A DNA stretch of 64,000 nt. Source: an uncultured virus (IMG/VR IMGVR_UViG_3300043673_000060). Lineage: Duplodnaviria; Heunggongvirae; Uroviricota; Caudoviricetes. Positions 19,460 through 28,949 of this stretch are shown in pieces. The notes under the pieces are model-generated. The model was not told the DNA's origin and did not search any database. It saw only the letters and a program-made list of their open reading frames with translations. Location of the stretch: the IMG/VR virus record IMGVR_UViG_3300043673_000060, one strand, 5' to 3'. Numbering within the stretch: the first letter of the stretch is position 1; each line of letters opens with the position of its first letter. The translations under genes were made by a program, and so were the position numbers.

Positions 19460-20107
19460 GTGAGCCAGCAGGCAGACTCGACGACCCGTTCCGCCCTCCT
19501 GGGCGCCGCCGTCGTCGCTGCCAGCGCGGGCGCGGGCGCCCTCGTCGGCTACGTGAACAACGGTCCCGACGGCTACCGCGGGCTCGCCACGCTGGGCGGC
19601 GCGTTCACTGGCTCTACGGCCGCAGGCGTCGCTGGCCTCATCGTCGCTGCGGCGAGCAAAAAGCACCGCAAGACCGCGCTCGCAACCGCCGCGCTCGGCC
19701 TCGGCGGCGTCACGGCGCTGCTGCTGGGCACCATGGTCTCGAAAGCGTTCGTGCCGGGCCCCGCGGCGACGCCGTTGCCCGCTCCCGCGCCCGGCCCAGG
19801 CAGCAACATCCCCTGGGCGCAGGTCCCGATCACTACGCTCCTGCAGCCACAGGTTGTCTACAGGCTCAGCGACGCGGCGACGAGCGCAGAGCTTGCGTTG
19901 CCGCCGACCGTCGCGGCCACGCAAGCGAGCCTCGGACCCGCGTTCCAAGTCGACGGCGTCTGGACGGGCTTGCCGCCCGCCGGATGGGTCCCCGCGGACG
20001 TCGGCACCGGTCGTGTGTTCGTCGAGTTCTTCGTCACGTCGCCTACGTCGCTGCCCGCGGGGCTCACGAGCGCGGCGAGGCTGTTCACGCAGCAGGCGCA
20101 GGCATGA
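19460..20107 (+). CDS. Multi-TM membrane protein with C-terminal soluble domain
   Basis: Three Gly/Ala-rich hydrophobic segments, Pro-rich linker. Confidence 0.6.
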   Translation: MSQQADSTTRSALLGAAVVAASAGAGALVGYVNNGPDGYRGLATLGGAFTGSTAAGVAGLIVAAASKKHRKTALATAALGLGGVTALLLGTMVSKAFVPGPAATPLPAPAPGPGSNIPWAQVPITTLLQPQVVYRLSDAATSAELALPPTVAATQASLGPAFQVDGVWTGLPPAGWVPADVGTGRVFVEFFVTSPTSLPAGLTSAARLFTQQAQA

Positions 20108-20337
20108 TCACGCGCTCGGAAGCGCTGGACCTGAGCCAGGCGATGCTCGATCGCCGCGTGAAATCAATGACGGAAGCCGGCCTCGCCGTGGCCCGCTTCG
20201 TTCTCGCCGACGAATTGCTTCATCAGCAGCTAGCCGACGTGGTCGAGCGCATCGCAACGACGGATCCGTCGCGCAGCGACGAGCTTGCGCTGCTCGTGCA
20301 GCTAGCTGTGGATACGTTGGAAGTGGCGCGGAGGTAA
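20104..20337 (+). CDS. Hypothetical protein
   Basis: MITRSEALDL..., ATGA overlap with the upstream gene. Confidence 0.5.
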   Translation: MITRSEALDLSQAMLDRRVKSMTEAGLAVARFVLADELLHQQLADVVERIATTDPSRSDELALLVQLAVDTLEVARR

Positions 20338-20343
20338 ACCCGA

Positions 20344-21000
20344 ATGACGCTCATGAAGTCGGTCGTGGTCGCAGATGGGTCGGTCTTGCTCGATACAACG
20401 GAGCGCATCACCGCCGCGATGCTTCCAGCCATCAAGGCGTACCGGTTCAACGGTCAGCCGGTGGCGGGGATTCTGCGCTACGTGAGTCTCTACCAGGTCA
20501 ACGAGAACTACGACATCTCGCCCGACGAGTCGCAGCTCATCGTCGACAACTTCCAGTACTTCGGGCTCGTGCAGCATTGCCTCCGCGCGCAGACGGGCAA
20601 GTCTACGTGGACCGCGTCCCCGCAACTCGGCGCGCTCAAGGGCCTCACGGCGAAGGGGCACGCGGACCTGGTCCTGTACCCCGACGATTCGATGCTCGCG
20701 TACGACGACGAGGACGTGAGCGGTGACATCATCGGCGAGATCAACGCGTGGGCGGCGAACGTGGGACGCCCGTCGCTCGTGTACACTGGTTATGCGCCAG
20801 GTATGACCGAGCAGGAGCTGTACGACGCGCTCCCCGACGTGCACGCGTACTGGGGCGCGGCCGGCGCGTGGGACGTGGCCGTGCGCGGCGTCTGCATGCG
20901 CCAGCACCAGACCGTCGTCATCGGCGGCGTCGGCTTCGACCCCAACATCGCGAGCGCGGACAAGCTCGGCGGGCGGGCTGTGTTGGCGACGGCGGCCTGA
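20344..21000 (+). CDS. DUF1906/GH25-like glycoside hydrolase (endolysin candidate)
   Basis: ILRYVSL...ISPDE...LAYDDE...LVYTGY...YW...FDPN pattern resembles Rv2525c-like muramidases. Confidence 0.6.
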   Translation: MTLMKSVVVADGSVLLDTTERITAAMLPAIKAYRFNGQPVAGILRYVSLYQVNENYDISPDESQLIVDNFQYFGLVQHCLRAQTGKSTWTASPQLGALKGLTAKGHADLVLYPDDSMLAYDDEDVSGDIIGEINAWAANVGRPSLVYTGYAPGMTEQELYDALPDVHAYWGAAGAWDVAVRGVCMRQHQTVVIGGVGFDPNIASADKLGGRAVLATAA

Positions 21001-21067
21001 CGTTCCCGTAGCGCTCCGCGCCTCCCAGTAGCCATCCGACTCACTTTCGTGCCACAATCGCCTGGAC

Positions 21068-21724
21068 ATGCCGGACCGCCCAGGATCCGTTCCGGACACG
21101 AACCTCGTGGCGTTGCTGCTGGACGTGCGCGCGGACGTGCGCGGAGGCTTCTCGACGGTGCACGAGCGGCTAGACCGGCTCGACAACAAGATCGACGCGC
21201 ACGCGCACGACGATCAGCACATGATCTCGGTGGTCCGCGGCGAAATCGCCGACGTGCGCGACGAGCACACGAAAACAGCGCGCGACCTGGCGAAAATACA
21301 GGGCGAACGCACCGTCGAGGCGCGCGTGGAGGAGGCCTCGTTCTTCAATGGCGGCACCAACGGCACCGGGCGCCACCGCCTGGTGAACGAGCACGGCGAC
21401 TCGTTCGTCATTCCAACGCCGCCCGCTGGCGTTCCCATGTCGCTTCACATCGGCAAGAGCCAGTCGACGAAGCCGCCGGCCATCGTGAAGATCTTCAGCA
21501 AGGCCTTTGAGAGCACCGCCGGGAAACTCATCGGTGGAGCGCTCATGGCGGCCGTGGCAGCGGTCGGCGGCGGCTTCTTCCACGCGGCCGTGACGCCCAC
21601 GGAGACGAAGATCGTGCAGATCCCCGTGACGGCGCCGCCGGTGATGATCGCGCCTCCAGTGGAGATCTTGCCGGCAGCTGCGTTCGTGCAGGTGCCAGAC
21701 GCGGGCGCGCCCAAGCGCAGGTGA
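21068..21724 (+). CDS. Coiled-coil protein with C-terminal TM
   Basis: HERLDRLDNKID coil; LIGGALMAAVAAVGGGFF TM. Confidence 0.55.
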   Translation: MPDRPGSVPDTNLVALLLDVRADVRGGFSTVHERLDRLDNKIDAHAHDDQHMISVVRGEIADVRDEHTKTARDLAKIQGERTVEARVEEASFFNGGTNGTGRHRLVNEHGDSFVIPTPPAGVPMSLHIGKSQSTKPPAIVKIFSKAFESTAGKLIGGALMAAVAAVGGGFFHAAVTPTETKIVQIPVTAPPVMIAPPVEILPAAAFVQVPDAGAPKRR

Positions 21725-21785
21725 CGCTCTTGCGCGGCGCGTCCGTTGCTTGGCCGCGCGCGTCACAGCAGCGCCGCGTGGCGTT

Positions 21786-21983
21786 TTAGCGCAGCGGGTG
21801 GCGCGAATTGAAAACATTGCCGTCGATGATGCCGAACGCCTGCAGGAGCCACAGGCAGAGCACGAGCACCACCACCACGCCGATCACGGTCTTGATCGGC
21901 TGCGCCATTGGCACATAGGTCTGCACGAGGTACAAGCAAAGCCCAACGACGACCAGTACGATCAGAATGCCAATGATGGACAT
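21786..21983 (-). CDS. Small two-TM membrane protein (Thivi_2564-like)
   Basis: MSIIGILIVLVVVGLCLYLVQTYVPMAQPIKTVIGVVVVLVLCLWLLQAFG. Confidence 0.7.
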   Translation of the reverse strand: MSIIGILIVLVVVGLCLYLVQTYVPMAQPIKTVIGVVVVLVLCLWLLQAFGIIDGNVFNSRHPLR

Positions 21984-22067
21984 GGGCTGTGTCGTCAGCA
22001 CGTAACATGCCAACGACGCGATCGTCTTGGTTGACCCGTCGCGTCGACCCAGGCTACGACGTCGCAC

Positions 22068-22679
22068 ATGAAGAAGCTCGCCAAGGCCCTTGCGGCCACC
22101 TTCGTCTCGCTCGCCACCATGCTCGCGGGGCCGTCGTGCGACCTCGGGGGAGAGCCCGCTTTCGGGGACACGGATCCGGCTCCCACGGCGGACCAGGTCT
22201 TCGGCGTCATGTCGAGGCTCAAGCCGGAGGGCTGTCTGTACAACGTCCACGGCAAGGGCTGCGACCGCCCCGGCGGCTACCAACACGGTCCCGATGCGCG
22301 CCGCATCGCTGCAGCCATTGCGTCGACGGTGGACGGCACGCTGACGGGTACGCGCGTGGGCGACGCGGCCTTGATGGCCACGTACACCAGCTTCGAGAGT
22401 GGCAATTTGGCGACCGCGACGGGCGATTGCCGCGCGGACGGCGTGTGTCGGGCGCACGGGGCCTTCCAGCTCTGGTTCGTGCCCGAGGAAGTAGCCTTCG
22501 ACCCTGCGCGCGCAGCCTCCGTGTGGAAGTCGGTCGCGGCCAGCTCGATGAAAACGTGCGAGAAGAACGTGCCCGACGAACGAATGGCCAGCGTTGCTGG
22601 GTCATGCTCCTATGCGAAGGCCCGCCAGAAGGTCCGTCAGCGCGCCCAGGCGGCTCGCGACGCCCTCGCGACGCCGTAG
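22068..22679 (+). CDS. Secreted lysozyme/SLT-like protein
   Basis: Signal peptide; TSFESG...GD...AHGAFQL resembles SLT catalytic motifs. Confidence 0.55.
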   Translation: MKKLAKALAATFVSLATMLAGPSCDLGGEPAFGDTDPAPTADQVFGVMSRLKPEGCLYNVHGKGCDRPGGYQHGPDARRIAAAIASTVDGTLTGTRVGDAALMATYTSFESGNLATATGDCRADGVCRAHGAFQLWFVPEEVAFDPARAASVWKSVAASSMKTCEKNVPDERMASVAGSCSYAKARQKVRQRAQAARDALATP

Positions 22680-22705
22680 ACGAGCCAGCCAGCTTGCTCT
22701 AAGCT
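22677..22705 (+). promoter_or_regulatory. Promoter with operator-like site in the spacer
   Basis: TAGACG-N17-TAAGCT, 6 nt before ATG 22712; AGCCAGCTTGCT at 22687-22698. Confidence 0.45.
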
Positions 22706-22711
22706 CACGGG

Positions 22712-23173
22712 ATGGCAGCTCCCTGGGTCACGGGTCTCGCTTCCGGCGCTGGCGCCCTCGCTGGCCTCGTCATCGGTGGCTATGCCGGCATGAAGCTGTC
22801 GGAGCACGCGCAGACGCCCGACCAGCGCACCGCGGGTGTCGCCCTCGGGGCCGCCGTGGGGATGTTCAGCGGGGCATTCGCGCTCGCCACGGCGACTGCG
22901 GAGCCTGGGCCTGCAAGTGCGCCTGCGGGGACGGCGGGAATCCCGGAGGGGCTGGGAGCGCCGCGCCAAGCGCACAAGCAGGGGCGCGTCGCGCGCGGCG
23001 GTGGCGCGGTCAATTCGCAGCTGTCGCCAGGCGGTGGTGCGCCACGCTTCGCCGGGATGGGCAAAAACGCTGCTGGCGGCGACATCGTTTGCTACTGGAC
23101 CGACGAGAACCCGCCGAGGTTGCATTGCCAGGAAACTTCACCTGGGCCGGACGTCGTCGCAGCGAGGCGTTGA
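22712..23173 (+). CDS. Glycine-zipper membrane protein
   Basis: Two GxxxG-rich hydrophobic helices. Confidence 0.55.
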   Translation: MAAPWVTGLASGAGALAGLVIGGYAGMKLSEHAQTPDQRTAGVALGAAVGMFSGAFALATATAEPGPASAPAGTAGIPEGLGAPRQAHKQGRVARGGGAVNSQLSPGGGAPRFAGMGKNAAGGDIVCYWTDENPPRLHCQETSPGPDVVAARR

Positions 23174-23176
23174 AGC

Positions 23177-23788
23177 GTGGATCCCAAAGTCTCCTCCGGC
23201 GCCTGGGCGGCCGTCGGGAGCCTTCTCGGGCTCTTCACCGGCTCGCTCGCGGGCGGTTTGCTGACGCGAGGGCGCAAGAAGACCGCGCTCACGACCGTGC
23301 TGCCAGCGTTCGCGGGGACCGCGGCGGGCGCGTTCCTTGGCGCGGCGCTGTCCGCGCCCACTTCTGCGGCTGGAACGGGCACGGCGGGGCTGCCGGCGGG
23401 CGTTGGAGCGCTGAGGACTGGCTTGGGACCGTCGGAGGGGACGAAGGCGCTGCCGCGCAACCTGGGCGAGCCAGCGCGTTTCGATGGTCGCTACCAGAAA
23501 GCGGGCGTCGAGCCGCCGCACAAGTGCACCGCGAAGAGCGCGGACGCCATCGCGCAGCAGCTTCCGGGTGCGCCGTGGCGCTTCGCGGGCAACTGGGACG
23601 ACGTCAGCAGCATGAGGGAGTCGTCGGCGACGATTTCGACGCCGCGCGGCCAGAAAACGATCCCGTACTGGACCGACAATCTGCTGCCGGGCGGCGGGCG
23701 CAACCGCGGCATGATGCCGATGCACCTCTCGATCCAATGCCCCTTCACCGGCGAGCGGTGGCACTGGTTCCGGAGCCTCTCCACGTGA
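23177..23788 (+). CDS. Glycine-zipper membrane protein with C-terminal domain
   Basis: Two GxxxG helices; AGTAGLPAGVGA linker resembles AGTAGIPEGLGA in the upstream gene. Confidence 0.6.
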   Translation: MDPKVSSGAWAAVGSLLGLFTGSLAGGLLTRGRKKTALTTVLPAFAGTAAGAFLGAALSAPTSAAGTGTAGLPAGVGALRTGLGPSEGTKALPRNLGEPARFDGRYQKAGVEPPHKCTAKSADAIAQQLPGAPWRFAGNWDDVSSMRESSATISTPRGQKTIPYWTDNLLPGGGRNRGMMPMHLSIQCPFTGERWHWFRSLST

Positions 23789-23955
23789 CCCCCGCCGACA
23801 AGGCCGACCTGGCCATCGCCGTCTTCGGCAGCATCGTCGGCGGCATTCTTGGTTTCTTCGTGACGAAGAAGACCCATCCGGTCGTCGGCACGACCGCGGG
23901 CGTGATCGTGGGCGCGATCTTGGTGCCCGGCGCGGCGGAAGCAGTGCGCAAGTGA
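23785..23955 (+). CDS. Small two-TM protein
   Basis: LAIAVFGSIVGGILGFFV...VVGTTAGVIVGAILV; GTGA overlaps. Confidence 0.55.
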   Translation: MTPADKADLAIAVFGSIVGGILGFFVTKKTHPVVGTTAGVIVGAILVPGAAEAVRK

Positions 23956-24177
23956 GCGATCCCGAACAGACGCTGCCGCCCGATCCGCTCGCGTCGACCA
24001 TTCCGTCGCCGCCTCCGGAGCACGAGCCGCTACCGCTCATGGCCGAGCGCCTCGGTTACCTGCCGGGACCGCTGATCGCCGGGCATCCGCTGCGGCGGCG
24101 CGCTGAGGAGCGCCCGGCGTGGTTCTACAGCGACGAGTGGGACGGGTTCGCGAGCGAAGAGCTGGACGAGTAGCGCG

Positions 24178-24576
24178 TCAGCGTGTGGATCTCGCCGTCG
24201 CCGCCCTGTAACTCCGCGGCCGGTGGTACTCGCGCAGCAGCGTGCACCCGCTCCGCACGCTCTTGCCCACGTGCGAGTACTCCGTCAGGTGCCATCGCTG
24301 TGAATCAAGCGCGCGACGGGCGATGTCGGCCGCGTCCTGCGGCGAATACGTCTGGCGAAGCTCGCGGTAGAAGCACCGTGCAGCCGCTCGCCCGTAGTTC
24401 AGGGCGCGACGGCCACGCGGAAGCCTCGCCGTGGGCGCCCCGCCACGCGGGAACAACTCTTCGGCCTCCTGGTCGACCGTTTTCGCGGGGTCGCGGTTTG
24501 CGAGCGCCAGGATGCCTACCACGCCCGCGATGATGGCGGCGCCGGTGACGATGGCCGGGACGGCGGAAGAACTCAT
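24178..24576 (-). CDS. Protein with N-terminal TM
   Basis: MSSSAVPAIVTGAAIIAGVVGILALA then a soluble basic domain. Confidence 0.5.
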   Translation of the reverse strand: MSSSAVPAIVTGAAIIAGVVGILALANRDPAKTVDQEAEELFPRGGAPTARLPRGRRALNYGRAAARCFYRELRQTYSPQDAADIARRALDSQRWHLTEYSHVGKSVRSGCTLLREYHRPRSYRAATARSTR

Positions 24577-25028
24577 TGTCGGCGCGCAGCCTTTCCGGTG
24601 AGCTTGAGGGCGAGCAGGAAGAGAGCGACGGACCCGATCGCGCTGCCGGCGGTGAGGGCGACCAGGGGCCAGTTGGTCGTCTCGTACGGGTCTTCGCCGC
24701 TGTACACGGCCGCGGTAGGGTCGGGCGTATCGAGGCTGTCCAGCGCCTCCGCGCCGACGCCGCCAGTAGGCTGCTGTACGAGGAGTGAAGCGCCTGGGAT
24801 GCATAGGCCAGTCACCAGGACCCCGTTGCGGTAACTCCACGTGTGCGAACTGACGAAAACGCCAACGGTCTGACCGCCGTACGGTATCACCTTGACGATC
24901 GTCCCGCGCTTGTACTGCCGGATGTGGTCCCGCACGTCGATGGCCGCCTGCACGAGAGGCGTCGGGACCTCCGACTGGCGCCAAACCTTCCATCCTGCAG
25001 GGATGGGCTCCTGGGGGCAGCTGGACAC
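24573..25028 (-). CDS. Protein with C-terminal TM
   Basis: NWPLVALTAGSAIGSVALFLLALKL tail. Confidence 0.55.
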   Translation of the reverse strand: MSSCPQEPIPAGWKVWRQSEVPTPLVQAAIDVRDHIRQYKRGTIVKVIPYGGQTVGVFVSSHTWSYRNGVLVTGLCIPGASLLVQQPTGGVGAEALDSLDTPDPTAAVYSGEDPYETTNWPLVALTAGSAIGSVALFLLALKLTGKAARRQ

Positions 25029-25051
25029 GCCTGCATCCTACCTCATCTGCC

Positions 25052-25108
25052 AGCCAGCTGGCTACTCGCGAGCCCGTAGTTGACAGCCCCCCCCCAGCGG
25101 GCGAGGAT
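25052..25108 (+). promoter_or_regulatory. Operator palindrome plus promoter with a C9 tract in the spacer
   Basis: AGCCAGCTGGCT at 25052-25063; TTGACA(25080)-N17-GAGGAT, ATG at 25114. Confidence 0.45.
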
Positions 25109-25113
25109 GGGGC

Positions 25114-25488
25114 ATGATCGGCAACGCAAGCTACTATCTGCGACGGGCTGCACGGGCTGAAACGGTGGGCGTAGGCGCCTGGCAGGACCACGTGGTGAAC
25201 TATGCTCAATACATCCCGCCTATGCCGGGGCACTACTGGGCCGCAGCAGCCACGCCGAGCCCGAGCGCGGTGAACGCCACGACGTGGTCGGGGATGCTGG
25301 TGGCGCCCGGGCCCAGTGGCGGTGGCACTCGGATTGGGTACAGGGCCGGCGAGTTCGGACCGCTCGTCGGTTGGCTCCAAGTACGGCTTAGCGTGCAAAC
25401 CTCTCTGTACTACCAGTCTCTCCCCCTCGCCCCTCTCCCTCCCACGCCGGGCGCCCCGATCGCGCACGGGCCATTGCAGAGGGCGTAA
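25114..25488 (+). CDS. Hypothetical protein
   Basis: 124-aa ORF directly downstream of the promoter. Confidence 0.5.
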   Translation: MIGNASYYLRRAARAETVGVGAWQDHVVNYAQYIPPMPGHYWAAAATPSPSAVNATTWSGMLVAPGPSGGGTRIGYRAGEFGPLVGWLQVRLSVQTSLYYQSLPLAPLPPTPGAPIAHGPLQRA

Positions 25489-25529
25489 GCACCTTCCCTA
25501 TCGGCGCTGCCGGCGTCACGCAGACGCGG

Positions 25530-26903
25530 TCACGTTACGCGCTCTGCCTTGAGCCACGGCGGACGCTCACGGCATTGCGAGCACCACCGGCGATGCCGCG
25601 CCGCATGCGGGCAACCGTCGCGATGGTGGCCGCCTGCCTCGTCGACGCAGCCGCAGTCCATGCACGCAGTGTAGCCGTCGCCCCCGTAGTCAGGCGACCA
25701 GCGACAGATCTCCACCCACGTCGCGCCGTGCCCATCGAGACTAGTTGCGTACTTACAGCGCGCGCCGGTAGGTTCGAAACGGGCCCAGCGCATGGTCACC
25801 CGATGTACAGCACGCCGCCGCGCGCCTCTTCGACGTCGGCGGTCGCGGCATCGTCACGGTCGACGTCGCCGTCGCTCATGTGCAGGACGATCGTGCGCGC
25901 CAAGGTCTTCGGGACCTCCACGTACACGCCCGAACCGGCCTCGTTGTACACGACGTAGAGAAATACGCGCCGCGCACGGCGGATCGCGCCGGCCAGTTTG
26001 CGTTGCGTCACCCGTGTAGACATGTCCGTTACCTGGCCTTTCGTACCGGTGCTGCCGGTGTCAACTGGGGGATCTGTGTGTGCCGCATGCGCTCGACACG
26101 CCTATGCTCCCGTCGCTTGGCGCGCGCGGCGTCTGCGCGACGGACGATCCGGTCCACGACGCGCACAACGCGTGGACTGAAGCAACAAACGCAGTCCGAC
26201 GGGCACGGCGCGCATACCTGAGCCACGCTCAGGTCCTCGCACGGCCTGAAACACGCCCGGAACGCGTCGAGCCTCCAGACAAGTTCGCACGTCGGCGCGC
26301 CCGCTTCGACCAGGTACGCGAGCGTGACCTGGTCGCCATTCACGGACACGACGCGCAGGCGCTGCGTGCGGCGCATGGGTAGCAGCACGTTCAGGTACCA
26401 GTGTCCGACGGTGGGGGTCACGGCGTCGGCTGTGTCGCGCGCAGGTGTTCGGCGATCTTGTCGAGGACGCGACCTTCGCGAACATCGGCAGCGAGCGCGT
26501 ACAGCGGCGCGTCCAGCGCAGCGCCGCTGCCGCCGCTCAACTTGAATGCCCACGCGGCGTACTCGTCGGCGCTAGCGAACGTCTCGCGCAGGCCACCCAT
26601 CCGGAAGTGCCGCCACAACTCGATGCGGCCGTCCGCCAGTAGCACGGTTGTCCCATCGTCGACGACGGAAATCGTGGCGCGACCAAGTCCGGCGGCGCGC
26701 ATGGCCGACAGCAGTTCCCTTCCAGGCGGAGAGGCTAGCCAGGTGAAGATGGCGTCTGCTGCGGCGAACTCTCTGTCGCGGACGGAATCAGCGTTACGCG
26801 TCGCGCGCGCTGCCTCCGATGCAGCAACATCAGCCTTCGTTGTCTCTGTCGCGGCGTACGAGGGTCCGCGCGCGGCAATGAGCTGCTTGAGTTCTTCGTT
26901 CAT
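25530..26903 (-). other. Run of small coupled hypothetical ORFs (26418-26903, 26029-26421, 25796-26023, 25530-25799)
   Basis: Start-stop overlaps and purine-rich RBS-like sequences. Confidence 0.45.
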
Positions 26904-27434
26904 GTGCCTTTCTCCTTTACGGCCTGCAGCGACTGCGCGACCCCGCCCTTCTGGATCTCGACAATGACCGACTCCTGCTCGAAGCGTTCGCGAAGGAACG
27001 CTCCAAGCGTAACCATCTTGGTTGTCCACAGGCCGGCGTCGAGACCTTTGTCGTCAAAAACAACGATCTGCACGCTGTCCTCCATCACGCCGTTGTACCA
27101 GCCGTGCTGAGCGATGAACGTCGAGTTGCCGGACATGTTTGCGGCCCACGCGGAGATAGCCGTACGTCGCCTTCATGACGTCGTCGATCGACCACTTGAG
27201 CGTGTTGCCGACCTTGAGGCCGACGAACAGTCGCGCGGCGAAGCCGCCCGTGCCCCACGGTTCGAGTTCGCTGTCGAACGGCAGTTCGTTCTCTGGGGTG
27301 CCTTCCGCGGCGCGCCCGCGCGTACGTTCCGCGCGTACGTGCACGACATGCAGCGGTCCGTTCGGCTTGAACCGGCCGACACGTCCGTCCTTCAGATGGT
27401 GTTCGCATTCCCCGGCGTAGATAGCGTGGCGCAT
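26900..27434 (-). pseudogene. Hypothetical gene split by a 1-nt frameshift near 27147
   Basis: ORFs 27054-27434 and 26900-27136 join into one frame if one G is removed from GTGGGCC (...YLRV-AANMSGNSTFIAQHG...). Confidence 0.5.
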
Positions 27435-27438
27435 GACG

Positions 27439-27993
27439 CTATTTTACCCTCCCGCCACGCTTTTTGGTACCGTGACCGCGCCCTCGACGTTGCTTGCCAG
27501 GCTTCCCCCCAGCTGCAGGTGGCGTCGAGGGCGCCGACGGCGCCGGTGGGATGGGCTCGTCGGCATACATGGCAAAGATCCGTGGGCGCGACACACGGCC
27601 GGCCGCGAAATCGTCCACCCTCCCTGCGACGAGCGGCGCCAGCACGCCGCTCATCGCCCTCGCGAACATCCCCATGCCAGCCGCGTGCATGTCGGCGACG
27701 CGCACCGGAATCGAGCGGCCGTCGATCTCCAGGTTGCCTACGGCATCGCCCTTGACTCCCTGCAGCGCGTGCGCGGCCTGCAAGAGCAAGCTGGCTGGCA
27801 GAACGGACGCGGCGAAGGGCCCGAGGCTCCCGTCGGTGGGGATTTCGTTGGCGAATGCGCGAGCGGCGTCTTGGATCGCATGTACGGCGACGGGATCCGC
27901 CAGTTCGGCGAGCGGCTTCGCCGCGCGAGACTCGCGCAGCGCCTTCTTTGTGGACGGGTTGAGGCCCGGTCGACGCTTCGGTTTATTGCTCAC
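27439..27993 (-). CDS. Hypothetical protein
   Basis: 184-aa ORF coupled to 27990-28226. Confidence 0.5.
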   Translation of the reverse strand: MSNKPKRRPGLNPSTKKALRESRAAKPLAELADPVAVHAIQDAARAFANEIPTDGSLGPFAASVLPASLLLQAAHALQGVKGDAVGNLEIDGRSIPVRVADMHAAGMGMFARAMSGVLAPLVAGRVDDFAAGRVSRPRIFAMYADEPIPPAPSAPSTPPAAGGKPGKQRRGRGHGTKKRGGRVK

Positions 27994-28222
27994 GGCGTCT
28001 TTTCCTTACCGGCCGCCTGCACCCACGCCTGCACGGCGAGCCGCTTGTAGATCTCCCGGTCGCCTTCGAGCGGCGAGTGCAGCGAGGCCAGCTCGTCCCA
28101 CCATTGCGCCGCCACGCGCCACGCGGTGCGCGACTGCGCCTCGATGGCGTAGTAGGTCGCCTGGACGGCCGAGATCCACGCGTGTAGACGGTCGGCGTCG
28201 GGGGCGAGGAATGGGTCGACGG

Positions 28223-28783
28223 TCATCGCGTCCCCAGTTTCTTCGCGAGGACCAGTACACCTTCGAGGGTCGCCACGTCCATGCTGCGCACCGTGTACTG
28301 GAACGAGCCGTCGCGCGACGACACGTCGATCAAGCTGCGCTCGTCTTCCAGGTCCGGGCGACGCCTGAACAGCGCATCTAACTCCTTCGTGGCCTTCGCG
28401 AGCGTCGCTTTCGCGGATGCATCATTCTTCGCCGTGGCCATCAACTCCACGCGGGCCCTTTCGACGAGCTGCGCGATCCTCGGCCAGTTGAAGCCCCTCT
28501 TCCCTTGCACGGCGCGAGGCCGCGCACCACCAAAGATGGTGAAGTAGTAGACTCCGTTCGGTCGTGCGGTCCAGCCACCATACGTTGGGCGCTGCTTGTC
28601 CAGCCGTATCGCGACCGCCGTGCCGTCGATGACGACGTAGCGCAGTGTCTTGTCGCTGTTGCGGTACGCGATACCCTGCGCCGGGTTCGCCTTGCGAAGC
28701 TCCGCGATCAGGTCTCGCCAGTGCTTCTCGCGCGCGACCACGTCCTTCGCCGCGTACGCAGCGCGCTCCCCGTTACTCCTCAT
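28223..28783 (-). CDS. Hypothetical protein
   Basis: 186-aa ORF with AGGAGG-like RBS. Confidence 0.55.
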   Translation of the reverse strand: MRSNGERAAYAAKDVVAREKHWRDLIAELRKANPAQGIAYRNSDKTLRYVVIDGTAVAIRLDKQRPTYGGWTARPNGVYYFTIFGGARPRAVQGKRGFNWPRIAQLVERARVELMATAKNDASAKATLAKATKELDALFRRRPDLEDERSLIDVSSRDGSFQYTVRSMDVATLEGVLVLAKKLGTR

Positions 28784-28949
28784 GTCCGTTCCCTCCTCTT
28801 AGCCTGCTCGTACGCGGCTTCGGTCCGCCACGTGGTCTGCGTGACCGGATCTTCCCAGCGAACCGCGGCTCCGTGCTCGCGCGGCAGTTTGGTCCAGCCG
28901 TTCGTCGCTAGGTACGCAGCCTTGTCGGCGCGCGTGATGCCTGCCTGGC

